The translations under genes and the position numbers were made by a program. The notes under the pieces were generated by a model, which saw only the letters and a list, made by a program, of their open reading frames with translations, had not been told where the DNA came from and did not search any database. Positions 54,601-63,131 of a stretch of DNA of 64,000 bases are shown here, piece after piece. Source of the DNA: a virus. The number at the start of each line of letters is the position of its first letter. Positions within the stretch are counted from its first letter, which is position 1. The stretch lies in IMG/VR virus record IMGVR_UViG_3300012662_000001, positions 42,558 to 106,557 of that record; one strand, 5' to 3'.

Positions 54601-55075
54601 GGTGTGGGGGAAGGACTTGAACGGTTCCTATTATCTTCTGTATATCTATCGGGAAAAGGGTCTTTCCCATAATGAGCAGATAAACAAGATAGAGTATTTG
54701 AATACGGTGTTCAAGCCGAATGAGATTGTGGTGGAGAACAATGGCTTTCAGTCCATTCTTGCTGATATGTGCGTGCAGAGAGGAATAAGGAATATATTTC
54801 CGTTTACCACCACTTCGGGGAACAAGAAGGACTTGCGAACAGGGTGGGCGTCACTTGCGGCCTTATTTGAGCGAGGTGACATACGATGTCCATATCACCC
54901 TGACACACGACAGAGAATAGACACTATGTTCGGGGAGTTTACATCCATTGCATTCCGTTCTGATAGAGGTACGTTGGAATCCATCAGTGGTCACGATGAC
55001 ACGGTGTCTTCCTCGTTTATGGCAATAAACAGATTACGTGAATCGGCTCTTCAGATCAAGGTCGATGCAGTATAA
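51695..55075 (+). CDS. terL: terminase large subunit precursor containing two inteins
   Basis: The spliced Walker A is LAARSHGK/SYEF. The nuclease-domain C-terminus reads VVGCDFAVSG...VVENNGFQS...GHDDTVSS. Confidence 0.8.
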   Translation: MIEFNENNSLSFRQLDSIIDTVTRIVQNLPVKAVNQLMEAYKGDQDAMLSEIFRQTENVLKLNTTLETERLSYVDQLTESMDDSLKIMSYNYFKTTMLPNFRQGWRNLEWGNMIQLYPNSGYLAARSHGKCFLAGTHILMADWTVKSVEDIYPGMEVMGMDFTPRKVLTRHIGRSQMFTVHQENGISYTVNRFHILCLWDTKRKHYVEVPMGNFLKYPQEKQNRFRGYRVFSSDNPILEYSPITVESYGDGSYYGFACDGDHKFLLEDNTVVHNSYEFCMAFPLWRMYSYRRPNFMKPDIPDNKNRKETCIITNTETLGKEHLDKVKEEIHTNEALSAVLNPNGKASLGATGFECENGSKLHLRGKDGFIRGLHVGAAVSDDLPDDSSIYSLEQREKLRDLFKGAITPIVEPYGYNIVDGCVTPDTLVLTADGIKEIGQLAPVGLDSERGYYDWKGQAYNGQNLENVLSYYVNGNTETIRVILDRGFELETSHVHPVLVCDTDGRFVWRKCEDLSVGDYVAVKIGSNVWGKPLNIDREELYQMGMCVADGCLSEDRITIAKKVDGIRKYFIDEQGWHPVKGATHDDIYFRWYRQEKRELWHSLGYEYGLYSHTKSIPEKVLSASKADLCAFLSGYFDGDGCLTRNDRDHYHISCFSVSKRLIQQIQFVLLNMGIVSHVAYKKCQSTEKVKTDRMGYLLRINSQNMIQKFMREIGFPHSGKADKYVDSEVKVNNVCQYGVPYQRDLFKRIRKQIHLTDEDKKQFGLESFKTQNRTEIPIYTVSEMQRLSKWVENSELRNEDASIFLSNARLGYVFLPVKCLEQGQSVTVDFSMQETHSFVSNGIISHNTPYQAQDLYYELKQDPKFMVFEYPAIFPDGRLLAPDRFTFDKLMEEKKSVGTLVFSREYLVVPISDDSTIFPMEILMRSTIGMENVRLVDNIESFPFKLSRVVVGCDFAVSGNVGADYTCYTVWGKDLNGSYYLLYIYREKGLSHNEQINKIEYLNTVFKPNEIVVENNGFQSILADMCVQRGIRNIFPFTTTSGNKKDLRTGWASLAALFERGDIRCPYHPDTRQRIDTMFGEFTSIAFRSDRGTLESISGHDDTVSSSFMAINRLRESALQIKVDAV
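52085..52516 (+). mobile_element. mini-intein 1 (144 aa) inserted in the terminase Walker A P-loop
   Basis: Starts CFLAGTHILMADW, ends YYGFACDGDHKFLLEDNTVVHN, followed by Ser+1. Excision restores GKS. Confidence 0.8.
52955..54235 (+). mobile_element. intein 2 (427 aa) with LAGLIDADG homing endonuclease domain
   Basis: Starts CVTPDTLVLTADG. DOD motifs LYQMGMCVADGC and AFLSGYFDGDGC are present. Ends THSFVSNGIISHN, followed by Thr+1. Confidence 0.85.
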
Positions 55076-55095
55076 TAAAGAAGAAATGATTTTGT

Positions 55096-56634
55096 ATGCA
55101 GACAAAGAAATTTGATGCGGTGTTGAGTCCGACATTTGTTGAGGAAATGCTTCGGCTCGCATATTCCAACAAGACATTCGCAAGGCTTGTGGTTGAGAAT
55201 GTTAATGTAAGCAATTTCCCTCGTGAGCTTGGTGCGTGCAAGGCGATGCTCAAGGTTCTGGCTGACAACTATCGTAATGGGGTGTTCGCTACCTTGGGAA
55301 TGGTTGAGATGGCTTTCCCGAAGAGTGAGGAAGTGGCCAAGAAGATTGCTGAGATAAAGAATATGCCTGTTCCCTCCTATGACGGTATGGTTAGGCAGTT
55401 GGAGACATTCATTCGTCGGCAGACGTTTGTGGCGGTTCAGCACGAGGTCAGTGATATGTATAACGAGGGCAAGCCTGATGAAGCGATGGACTTGTTGGGG
55501 CGCAGAATGTCTGAGATACTATCCTTTTCTCTGGAGCAGGATGCAAAGGGAAAGTTTTCCAGAATATATAGAGACTTCGTGCGTAATATAGCGATTGCGC
55601 AGCAGAAGCAGGATGACGAGGTCAAGCGACCAAAGATTCCGCTTGGCATCACGTCTCTGGATGATCTGACTGATGGCGGTGTTCCTCGTCAGGACATTGT
55701 ACTTTGGATTATGCGCTCCGGAGTGGGAAAGTCCACAGCCTTGAAGTATCACGCTTGGTACAATACGTCAATATCACATAACCACTGTCTTCACATTCAG
55801 TTGGAGGGTGGTGAGCAGGAAGCAGTTGTAAAGTTTGACCAGATGCTTGCACAGACCACCTATGCAAAGGTATTGCGAGGTGAGATTACGGCTGACACTC
55901 AGAAGCGTGTGCAGTCTCTCATCAGGAGGGCTGTTACGGTGAATTCTGATATAGACGTGTATGCCTCTGAGGAGATGATGGAAATGACAATAGCGGATAT
56001 TGTTAAGGTGGTGGAGGACTATTATCTGGAGTACGGCTATTATCCTGACTTGATAACACTGGATTCCATTGACCTCTTGCTTACAGGTCAGAACAACAAG
56101 ATAGACTATGATCCTAATTTTATCAAATATAGACTTCAGAAGTGTGCACAGCGGCTCAAGGATATAGCCACGAAGTATGACTGTGTCGTGATTACGGCCA
56201 CTCAGACGTGTGATGTTCCTATGGAACTATGGAATGACCCATCTCGTGTCATAACACGTCAGCACACAGAGGGGGATAGAACACTGGTTAAGCCGTTTTC
56301 CTTTGTGTTTACAGGTAATGTGACCAACGAGGAGGGTGCTCAGAATGTTATGCGTATCTTTTGTGATAAACTTCGAAATTACCGAAATAACGGAATAATT
56401 GTGAAGATACCGACCAACTATGAGAACGGCTTCTTTTACGACCTGAAACGCTCTGTAAAGGAGGAACAAGTGCTTGATATGAATGCTATGCTGAAGATGG
56501 ACAGCGCTCCTACACGCAGAAGACGCACGAGTGATGGCAGACAGACGGAGACAAAAACGGTTGAGGTGTCAAGCGGTGTGTTCGTGATTCAGAATGTTGA
56601 GAAGAAGAAAGTGCCACAGAGGAGGAATGCCTGA
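55096..56634 (+). CDS. DnaB-like replicative DNA helicase (RecA-fold C-terminal domain)
   Basis: IPLGITSLDDLTDGGVPRQDIVLWIMRSGVGKST (Walker A) and DLITLDSIDLL (Walker B). Confidence 0.7.
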   Translation: MQTKKFDAVLSPTFVEEMLRLAYSNKTFARLVVENVNVSNFPRELGACKAMLKVLADNYRNGVFATLGMVEMAFPKSEEVAKKIAEIKNMPVPSYDGMVRQLETFIRRQTFVAVQHEVSDMYNEGKPDEAMDLLGRRMSEILSFSLEQDAKGKFSRIYRDFVRNIAIAQQKQDDEVKRPKIPLGITSLDDLTDGGVPRQDIVLWIMRSGVGKSTALKYHAWYNTSISHNHCLHIQLEGGEQEAVVKFDQMLAQTTYAKVLRGEITADTQKRVQSLIRRAVTVNSDIDVYASEEMMEMTIADIVKVVEDYYLEYGYYPDLITLDSIDLLLTGQNNKIDYDPNFIKYRLQKCAQRLKDIATKYDCVVITATQTCDVPMELWNDPSRVITRQHTEGDRTLVKPFSFVFTGNVTNEEGAQNVMRIFCDKLRNYRNNGIIVKIPTNYENGFFYDLKRSVKEEQVLDMNAMLKMDSAPTRRRRTSDGRQTETKTVEVSSGVFVIQNVEKKKVPQRRNA

Positions 56635-57668
56635 TGAAGTACGATAAGGAAAATATCATTGACGAGCTTGGGCTTGTCCCATTCGGTTCTCAGGGGTGGC
56701 TGTCGAACAAGGAGATGGTCTGTCCATTCTGTGGTAAGTCGGGGAAGTGGGGTGTTATATTTAATGACACTGGAGGGGCGACATTTCATTGCTGGAAATG
56801 TCCACGCAAAACCTCTCTATATGAATTTCTTAAGAAAATAGATAGGGCGGATCTTGCAAAGGTTACATATACTGTCAAGCCTGATGAGGTGTGTCCTAAA
56901 ATAGGTGAGGAGCAGACAGAGGAATCACAGTGGATGATTTCTACGGAGTTGCAACCGTTGGAACTGAAACCTGTTGCACTTCCATTACGACTGAAACCAC
57001 TTGTAGGTGATGAGTACCTTGAAAATAGGGGATTCAATGACTATCATTATAGACTGTTTGAACCCTCCTATACCAATACGCCACTGGAACCGAAGTTGAG
57101 AAATTATATTGTGTTTAAGATGAAGATGGACGGTGTGTGTGTAGCGTGGTGGGCGAGAAGTCGCTATTCAAAGGAATGGCATAAGGAGAATCTGGAACTT
57201 TATAAGCAGCACAAGGCTGAACTTGTGCTTCGGTATAGAAATTCTGAGAGCAACTTTCAGGACTTGCTTGGTGGCTATGATCAACTTGTTGCGGATGTTA
57301 CACAGACGGTGATTCTTGTTGAAGGGATCTTTGATATGATAAATATCACAAATATTCTGGGACTTGCTGATGTAAGTGATGTCAAGTGTTGTTTTACATT
57401 CGGCAATAGCATTGGTAGAGGACAGATAGAATCACTCTTAAGGAAGAAAGTTAGGAATATAGTACTTTTGTACGATGACGGGACAATAGATGAGAGCCGT
57501 GAGGCCGCCTTACGAATGAGAGAACTGTTTGATACAGTGATGGTGGCGGCTATAAGGCGTAGAGGTGTTGATCCTGGAAATATAGATATAGACTATTTGA
57601 CGGAGGTGCTGGGATCAGCCTGTGATCCATTGACGTTTTCCTATAATAGGCTTGAAATGAAGATTTAG
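56634..57668 (+). CDS. DNA primase (zinc finger plus TOPRIM)
   Basis: CPFCGKSGKW...HCWKCPRK, VILVEGIFDMINI and IVLLYDDG. Confidence 0.75.
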   Translation: MKYDKENIIDELGLVPFGSQGWLSNKEMVCPFCGKSGKWGVIFNDTGGATFHCWKCPRKTSLYEFLKKIDRADLAKVTYTVKPDEVCPKIGEEQTEESQWMISTELQPLELKPVALPLRLKPLVGDEYLENRGFNDYHYRLFEPSYTNTPLEPKLRNYIVFKMKMDGVCVAWWARSRYSKEWHKENLELYKQHKAELVLRYRNSESNFQDLLGGYDQLVADVTQTVILVEGIFDMINITNILGLADVSDVKCCFTFGNSIGRGQIESLLRKKVRNIVLLYDDGTIDESREAALRMRELFDTVMVAAIRRRGVDPGNIDIDYLTEVLGSACDPLTFSYNRLEMKI

Positions 57669-57671
57669 ATT

Positions 57672-58130
57672 ATGAACAAGGAAGTTATTAGGTCTCAGGA
57701 GGAGTTTATTCATAAGTTGGAGATGGAGTATCTTACGCACAAGTTGAGGTCACTTGTGTATCGTAAGATGAAGTACATAAAACTTTCCAGAGATATGGCA
57801 GCGAAGAAGAAGGAGAAGATTCAGGCGCTTGGTGCGAAATTTGGTATATCTACGATGTTTGACACAGGTGTGGCGGAGTTTGTGAATGAACACTTTTGGA
57901 ACAAGTGTGGACTTCCGAATCTTTCCTATAAGGATAGCGAACAGAAACGTGTGCAGGGTAATTATGACGCTTGGTATCTTCTGTATCGTGGGACTGTTAT
58001 AATGTATAACGGTGAGCCTTGCATGGTTGTAAGTAATAATCCTTCCACAAGAACAGTTCAGGTGTTTGATGGTTGTTTTGCAATGAGTTATGATGAAATA
58101 TCTCTTGTGAACGACTATGACTGGGAATGA
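57672..58130 (+). CDS. hypothetical protein
   Basis: ORF. Confidence 0.45.
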   Translation: MNKEVIRSQEEFIHKLEMEYLTHKLRSLVYRKMKYIKLSRDMAAKKKEKIQALGAKFGISTMFDTGVAEFVNEHFWNKCGLPNLSYKDSEQKRVQGNYDAWYLLYRGTVIMYNGEPCMVVSNNPSTRTVQVFDGCFAMSYDEISLVNDYDWE

Positions 58131-58157
58131 CGTTTTACTAAAAAGACAAAAATAAAA

Positions 58158-58418
58158 ATGATTAAGGTAAAGATTTTTAATGAGAGTAAGTTCTTGGAAC
58201 CGAAGTATCTTCCGGAATACAAGAGCTTGGGTGCGTCAGGCGTGGATCTTAGAGCTGACATTGATGAGGACATTGTACTGCATCCTATGCAGCGAATGCT
58301 GATTTCGACAGGGTTGAGGATGGCTATTCCGCAGAACTATGAAGCGCAGGTTCGTTCTCGTTCAGGGCTTACGGTGAAGAACGGTGTTATTGTTCTTTCT
58401 CCAGGTACTATTGACGCT
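58158..58418 (+). CDS. dut: dUTPase exon 1
   Basis: GASGVDLRA (motif 1), VRSRSG (motif 2) and SPGTIDA (first half of motif 3). The frame then runs into a stop after 4 more codons. Confidence 0.8.
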
Positions 58419-58464
58419 GGACTTTTATCATAATATGTCAATGTCAATAGTTCCATAAAATATT

Positions 58465-58472
58465 TATATTTG
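58465..58472 (+). promoter_or_regulatory. -7 box TATATTTG inside the intron, upstream of the HNH ORF
   Basis: 21 nt upstream of the ATG at 58493. Confidence 0.4.
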
Positions 58473-58492
58473 CACATAAATTGAGTGTAAAT

Positions 58493-59143
58493 ATGAAACA
58501 AGGTAAAGAGTATAATTGTATTTGTCCAATTTGTGGTGTAGCTTTTTACACAAAGCCTTCCAGATTAAAAAGAACTAAGAATGGTGTATGCTGTTCTATG
58601 TTATGTGGTCGTAAATTGAGAGCGAAATTTATGCTTGGTATGGGGAATCATCAATATGGTTTAACTGGAAAATTAAATTCGAGCTATAAGCATGATGAAA
58701 AAATAAATAATGCAGGGTATCGAATGATAAATGTTCCAGGACATCCAAAAGGAGCTAAAGATCGCAGGTATGATGAAATGACTTATATCTTGGAACACAG
58801 GCTTGTAATTGAACAAAATTATAATTTCTTTCCTAAAGAGTTTTTCGAAATGAAAAATGGTTGGTTTGTTTTGAAGGATTGTTATGATGTTCATCATATA
58901 AATCATGATAAATTGGATAATCGGTTAGAAAATTTAGTGATTATTACCAGAGGGGAGCATACAACACTTCATAATTTTGAAAAACAAATAATAAGGGACT
59001 GTAAGACAGGGCGTATAATTGGCGTCATTAAACAGGGTGAATTGCTGGAAAATCCAGAAGTGGACAATCAGCAGCCAAGTCAAGATGGCAACATTTTGAA
59101 AGGTTCAACGACTAACAACCGAACCCATGAATGTGGGCAGTAA
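58493..59143 (+). CDS. intron-encoded HNH homing endonuclease
   Basis: VHHINHDKLDNRLENLVIITRGEHTTLH plus an N-terminal CxxC...CC...C zinc finger. Confidence 0.8.
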   Translation: MKQGKEYNCICPICGVAFYTKPSRLKRTKNGVCCSMLCGRKLRAKFMLGMGNHQYGLTGKLNSSYKHDEKINNAGYRMINVPGHPKGAKDRRYDEMTYILEHRLVIEQNYNFFPKEFFEMKNGWFVLKDCYDVHHINHDKLDNRLENLVIITRGEHTTLHNFEKQIIRDCKTGRIIGVIKQGELLENPEVDNQQPSQDGNILKGSTTNNRTHECGQ

Positions 59144-59260
59144 TGTTGACACGAGTGCCCTGTGCAGGTAAAACTGTAAAGATATAGTCTGAACTCTATG
59201 TATAACTTAATATTGAAGATAGAGAATATTTGGATAAAGAGCCAAATAGATAACAAAATG

Positions 59261-59455
59261 GATTATAGAGGTGTTATTGGTATTCCTTTGGCCAATTTGG
59301 GTGATGAGGACTTTGTGATTCACAGAGGGGATCGCATTGCACAGCTTGTCTTTCAGAAAGTGGAAAAGGCTTGGTTTGAGGGTGTCGGTTCTGTTGAAGC
59401 ACTTGGTTTCACTGATCGTGGTGACGGTGGTTTTGGGCATACAGGGGTGAAGTAG
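59261..59455 (+). CDS. dut: dUTPase exon 2
   Basis: [14 protein letters not shown] (motif 3), GDRIAQLVF (motif 4) and [10 protein letters not shown] (motif 5). The spliced product is 151 aa. Confidence 0.8.
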   Translation, partial: DYRGVIGIPLANLGDEDFVIHRGDRIAQLVFQKVEKAWFEGVGSVEALGFTDRGDGGFGHTGVK

Positions 59456-59496
59456 AAAAATTCAGGAATATTCCTTGGATATCTAAGATAAGTGAT

Positions 59497-59504
59497 TATA
59501 TTTG
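59497..59504 (+). promoter_or_regulatory. -7 box within the second copy of TTATATTTGCATTGTGAAA
   Basis: Identical 19-mer to 12107-12125. Confidence 0.55.
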
Positions 59505-59540
59505 CATTGTGAAATTTTAACAACTAAATCAAAAACGATT

Positions 59541-60140
59541 ATGGAACAGAAAGAATTGTCCGTAAGGATGAAGATCCGCAAGTTCAAGAATGACGCTGAC
59601 AAGTTGTCAGAAATCATCGAATCAGAAACGTCCACTGAACTGGAGAAGAAAGTGGCCTCAGAGTACCTTGCCAAGTTGCAGGAAGCCGAGCAACCTGAAC
59701 AATCAGAAGCACAGATAGCCGCTCCGGAGGAGACGACACTCTTCCCAGAGGCAGAAGAGGAGAAACCAACTCCTAAGAAGGAGGAACCTATTAGTTCTGA
59801 ACTTACTCCTGAGGAAGTTGAACGTCTTGATGCGGCTGAGAAGAAATTTGATGAGCGTCAGGCCAATCGCAAGACACCGTCCAAGGCGGACAAGAATATG
59901 CGTGAGGAACGCAAGAAGATACGTTCAACCGCCAATCTGCACGAGGGTAAGAGAGAGAACCTTGAGGAATCCACAGAGGTTCCTGGTCTGAAAGTCGGTT
60001 CCACTGTAAAGGTGGGTGACGAGGAGTGTTCCGTTATTCGTGTCTATCGTAGCACTGACGGCAAGGAGAAGTGTATGATCAAGATTGGAGACGGCAAGAC
60101 TGTCAAGAAGCGTGTCACTTCAGTGACACTCGTAAAATAG
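59541..60140 (+). CDS. hypothetical protein: charged disordered region plus small C-terminal beta domain
   Basis: ORF; ATG at 59541 chosen because the ATG at 59502 lies inside the promoter box. Confidence 0.5.
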   Translation: MEQKELSVRMKIRKFKNDADKLSEIIESETSTELEKKVASEYLAKLQEAEQPEQSEAQIAAPEETTLFPEAEEEKPTPKKEEPISSELTPEEVERLDAAEKKFDERQANRKTPSKADKNMREERKKIRSTANLHEGKRENLEESTEVPGLKVGSTVKVGDEECSVIRVYRSTDGKEKCMIKIGDGKTVKKRVTSVTLVK

Positions 60141-60149
60141 TTAGGTTTT

Positions 60150-60884
60150 ATGGTTACGGATTCAGGAACCATAATCCTTATCAAGGGGGTCAGTGGAAGC
60201 GGTAAATCCACAAGGGTTTATTGCTTCCTTGATTTCTTGGAAAGCATTGGTATGGAACTGAAACCGTACCAATTTGTGAACATACTTGGACAGACGCAGG
60301 AGATAGGTCTATACTCTGAGGAGTTGAATATGCTCTTTTTGGGGAAATTTTATAACGACAATGGTGTTCGTAGATGGCAGGGTCTGGACGCTGTCACAGG
60401 GCGACTGCATACGGCTGAGGGTCTTTCCTATTTTCTGAAATGGGCAGGTCAACATAAACTGAATGTGGTGCTGGAGGGTGCTGGAACTTCCGTGACGTGG
60501 CGATTGCGTCCGATGGAGATATGTGCCGAGTATGAATATCTAAACATCCTTTATCTGGTCTATACGTTTAAGTTGGAGCAGTATGATGACTATATCAGGA
60601 GAATAGAGTATCGTTCCGGTAAGGCTCCGAAAAGCGACGCTATGTGGCGGAAACGTAAGGGGTTTGAATCCGACTATACCCAGACTGTCGCTGAAGCGAA
60701 GGACTTGAATGCGGCAGGAGCGGACATTGTTATCAAGTATAATTTATTTGATGCCGTGCCGTGGGATCTTGGTGTAAGCATTATGCAGTATTTCGGTCTT
60801 GATGAATTGTGCAATGAGTTTAGGCAGTTTGTGGGGAATGGCGGTTACATTGAACAGAATTCTTTTGAAAACATTGGGAAATGA
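60150..60884 (+). CDS. P-loop kinase (candidate 5-hmdU DNA kinase or nucleotide kinase)
   Basis: Walker A IKGVSGSGKST; ATGA-coupled to the next gene. Confidence 0.55.
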   Translation: MVTDSGTIILIKGVSGSGKSTRVYCFLDFLESIGMELKPYQFVNILGQTQEIGLYSEELNMLFLGKFYNDNGVRRWQGLDAVTGRLHTAEGLSYFLKWAGQHKLNVVLEGAGTSVTWRLRPMEICAEYEYLNILYLVYTFKLEQYDDYIRRIEYRSGKAPKSDAMWRKRKGFESDYTQTVAEAKDLNAAGADIVIKYNLFDAVPWDLGVSIMQYFGLDELCNEFRQFVGNGGYIEQNSFENIGK

Positions 60885-61891
60885 GCAGGATAGTTCCAAA
60901 TGACAATCTGACATATTTCTTCTATTGGTGTTGTGAACGAATGAATATATTCTGGAAACGCTACAATGGTGAGAAGCAACCGTGGACTGATGATGAAATA
61001 TTGCGACAGTATAAGTTCACGAATGTGTATCGTGTGCTGGATAGATCAAGTCAGTATATGCTTCGGAACGTTATTTATAACGGTAAGCAGTATTCTTCTG
61101 AGGATATGTTCTTTCGCATTCTACTTTACAAGTATTTTAATCTTCCTGATACGTGGGATGCTTTGATTAAAGAGTTCAGTGATGTTACATACGACACTGG
61201 ATGGGAGAATATTGCACGTTTTCTTGATGATAGAATCAGGCAGGACATCACTATTTATTCCAATGCCTTTATGCTGACAGGGTGGTTTTATACGTTGCCG
61301 AGATATGCGTGCATTCGTGGGAAGTCAAAGCATAGAGGATACTTTGAAGTCTTTAGACAGAGAATATTCGATAACGGCAGGATTGACGTTTTCCTTCGTG
61401 CCACGAGGTTTGAGGAACTGTTTAATCTGTTCAAGGAGTTGGAGCCGTTTAGTGATTTTATGGCACAGCAGTACTGTCTTGACTTAAACTATTCCCCTCT
61501 ATACAATTTTACGGAGAATGAGTTTGTGGCGGTCGGTCCAGGAAGCAGGAGGGGGATTCAGTTTGCCTTTAAGGGGGATCACAAGGATGACGGTGAAGTT
61601 GTTATACGGTGGACACAGGAGCACTTTGAGGAACTGATGACACGATTTTGTCACGATTCAGGTATGGTCTGGAATCCATTGCCGTGGGAGCCAGTGCCGA
61701 CGTTGACAAATATTCAGAACTGTTTCTGTGAACTATCGAAATACGCCAAGGCTATGGGTGTGACATTTAATGGGAAGTCCAGAGGGCGTGTGAAGAATGT
61801 GTATAGTGCATTAAAATCTGAAATTCCTTATATGTTTCCAAGGAAATGGAACGTGGAGATGCCGTTAAAAGGGCAGATAGAAACTTATTAA
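60881..61891 (+). CDS. candidate DNA base-hypermodification protein (resembles the aGPT-pyrophosphorylase / 5-hmdU-kinase-helical families; assignment from recall)
   Basis: N-terminal block IFWKRYNGEKQPWTDDEILRQYKFTNVYRVLDRSSQY; located between the kinase and TS-like genes. Confidence 0.4.
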   Translation: MSRIVPNDNLTYFFYWCCERMNIFWKRYNGEKQPWTDDEILRQYKFTNVYRVLDRSSQYMLRNVIYNGKQYSSEDMFFRILLYKYFNLPDTWDALIKEFSDVTYDTGWENIARFLDDRIRQDITIYSNAFMLTGWFYTLPRYACIRGKSKHRGYFEVFRQRIFDNGRIDVFLRATRFEELFNLFKELEPFSDFMAQQYCLDLNYSPLYNFTENEFVAVGPGSRRGIQFAFKGDHKDDGEVVIRWTQEHFEELMTRFCHDSGMVWNPLPWEPVPTLTNIQNCFCELSKYAKAMGVTFNGKSRGRVKNVYSALKSEIPYMFPRKWNVEMPLKGQIETY

Positions 61892-61906
61892 AAATAAGAA
61901 ACGATT

Positions 61907-63034
61907 ATGTATTTTGAATTTGATAATCTCAGTCAGGCACTTGTTGGTCTGTCGTTGAGTCTTAACGCCAATGGTGTGTGGACAAAGAGGGGAACCAATC
62001 CAGCAGGAAACGGGTGTCTGGAATTTCCGGAAGCGGTTCTTATAAAGATAGAAAATCCATTGAATAGGTATGTCTTTGTTCCGGAACGCAAGTGGAACAG
62101 GACACTTGGGTGGATTGAGTCACTTTGGATTGCCAGAGGGGATAACTCTTTGGAAATGCCGTCATCCTATGTTAAGAATCTGTTGACATTCTCCGATGAC
62201 GGTGAGACAATGCGTGCAGGATACGGTCCGAGGATTCGTGGGTTTGGTGGCCATCTTTGGAATAAGGCTATTCGGGATGTGGATGGTTCAGTGCTATATT
62301 GGATGGAAAAACAGTATGATTCCAGGAATAGTTGTCATAATCTTGGTACGGTGGATCAGCTGAAGTTTGTAGTGGATAAGTTTAAGCAGGATCCAACAAC
62401 AAGAGAGGCCGTCATCACCATTCACGATCCTATGGCCGATGACTTTAATGGTAATGAAATCCTCAGGACGAAGGACACCCCTTGCACTCGTTCCATTCAC
62501 TTTATGATTGTGAACGGCAAGATGAACTGTTATGTGGATATGAGATCCAATGACCTGTTCTGGGGTTTCAGTGCTGTTAACGTTTTCAACTTCACCTTGA
62601 TGCAGGAATATGTCGCTGCGATGGTTGGTGTGCCTGTTGGTGTGTATTTCCATAAGGTGGACAATCTGCATATCTACGAGGGTTCTCTTCCTATGCTTCA
62701 GAGCATAATTGCAGTCAATGAGACGCCACGAGGTGTTGAGGTGTGGTCAGATTGGTATAGATTCTCGGAATGCAGTGATTGGCACGGCTATAAGCATACC
62801 TACAGAACTTTGGAAGGCTTTGATGCACGAATTGGTCTACTGTCCAATTTTGAACGTGGAATGCGTGGTGTTGATGACTTGCCGTATAGTAATGATGAGG
62901 CTCTGGACGAGATAGAAGCCAAGTTCTGGGACGAACCGATGTTTAGGGACTGGGCAAAGGTTATCTATCGCAAGTGGTCAAAGGACACGACCGTGACATT
63001 TGACAATCCGTATCTGACAAAGTTATTTGTCTGA
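61907..63034 (+). CDS. thymidylate synthase / pyrimidine hydroxymethylase superfamily enzyme (candidate dUMP hydroxymethylase)
   Basis: DQLKFVVDKFKQDPTTREAVITIHDP, the catalytic Cys context TKDTPCTRSIHFMIV, MRSNDLFWGFSAVNVFNFTLMQ and DNLHIYE are collinear with ThyA motifs. At 375 aa it is longer than ThyA. Confidence 0.7.
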   Translation: MYFEFDNLSQALVGLSLSLNANGVWTKRGTNPAGNGCLEFPEAVLIKIENPLNRYVFVPERKWNRTLGWIESLWIARGDNSLEMPSSYVKNLLTFSDDGETMRAGYGPRIRGFGGHLWNKAIRDVDGSVLYWMEKQYDSRNSCHNLGTVDQLKFVVDKFKQDPTTREAVITIHDPMADDFNGNEILRTKDTPCTRSIHFMIVNGKMNCYVDMRSNDLFWGFSAVNVFNFTLMQEYVAAMVGVPVGVYFHKVDNLHIYEGSLPMLQSIIAVNETPRGVEVWSDWYRFSECSDWHGYKHTYRTLEGFDARIGLLSNFERGMRGVDDLPYSNDEALDEIEAKFWDEPMFRDWAKVIYRKWSKDTTVTFDNPYLTKLFV

Positions 63035-63101
63035 AGTTACTTTGTAGAAACCATAAGAACAGCCGTGCAACCTCTGGTCGGGAAGCCTATTTAATCGTAC
63101 C

Positions 63102-63131
63102 TTGATGGAATTGAAATTGATGGAATTGAAA
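63102..63131. repeat. perfect 15-bp tandem duplication TTGATGGAATTGAAA x2 (TGATGG occurs three times)
   Basis: Copies at 63102-63116 and 63117-63131, with a third TGATGG at 63134. Confidence 0.8.

Larger units (their letters stand above)
58419..59260 (+). mobile_element. group I intron (842 nt) interrupting dUTPase motif 3 and carrying an HNH endonuclease ORF
   Basis: The exon ends in U (GCT) and the intron ends in G (AATG). The conserved group I J8/7-P7 element AAGATATAGTC lies at 59179-59189. Joining the exons gives GTIDA|DYRG in frame. Confidence 0.75.
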
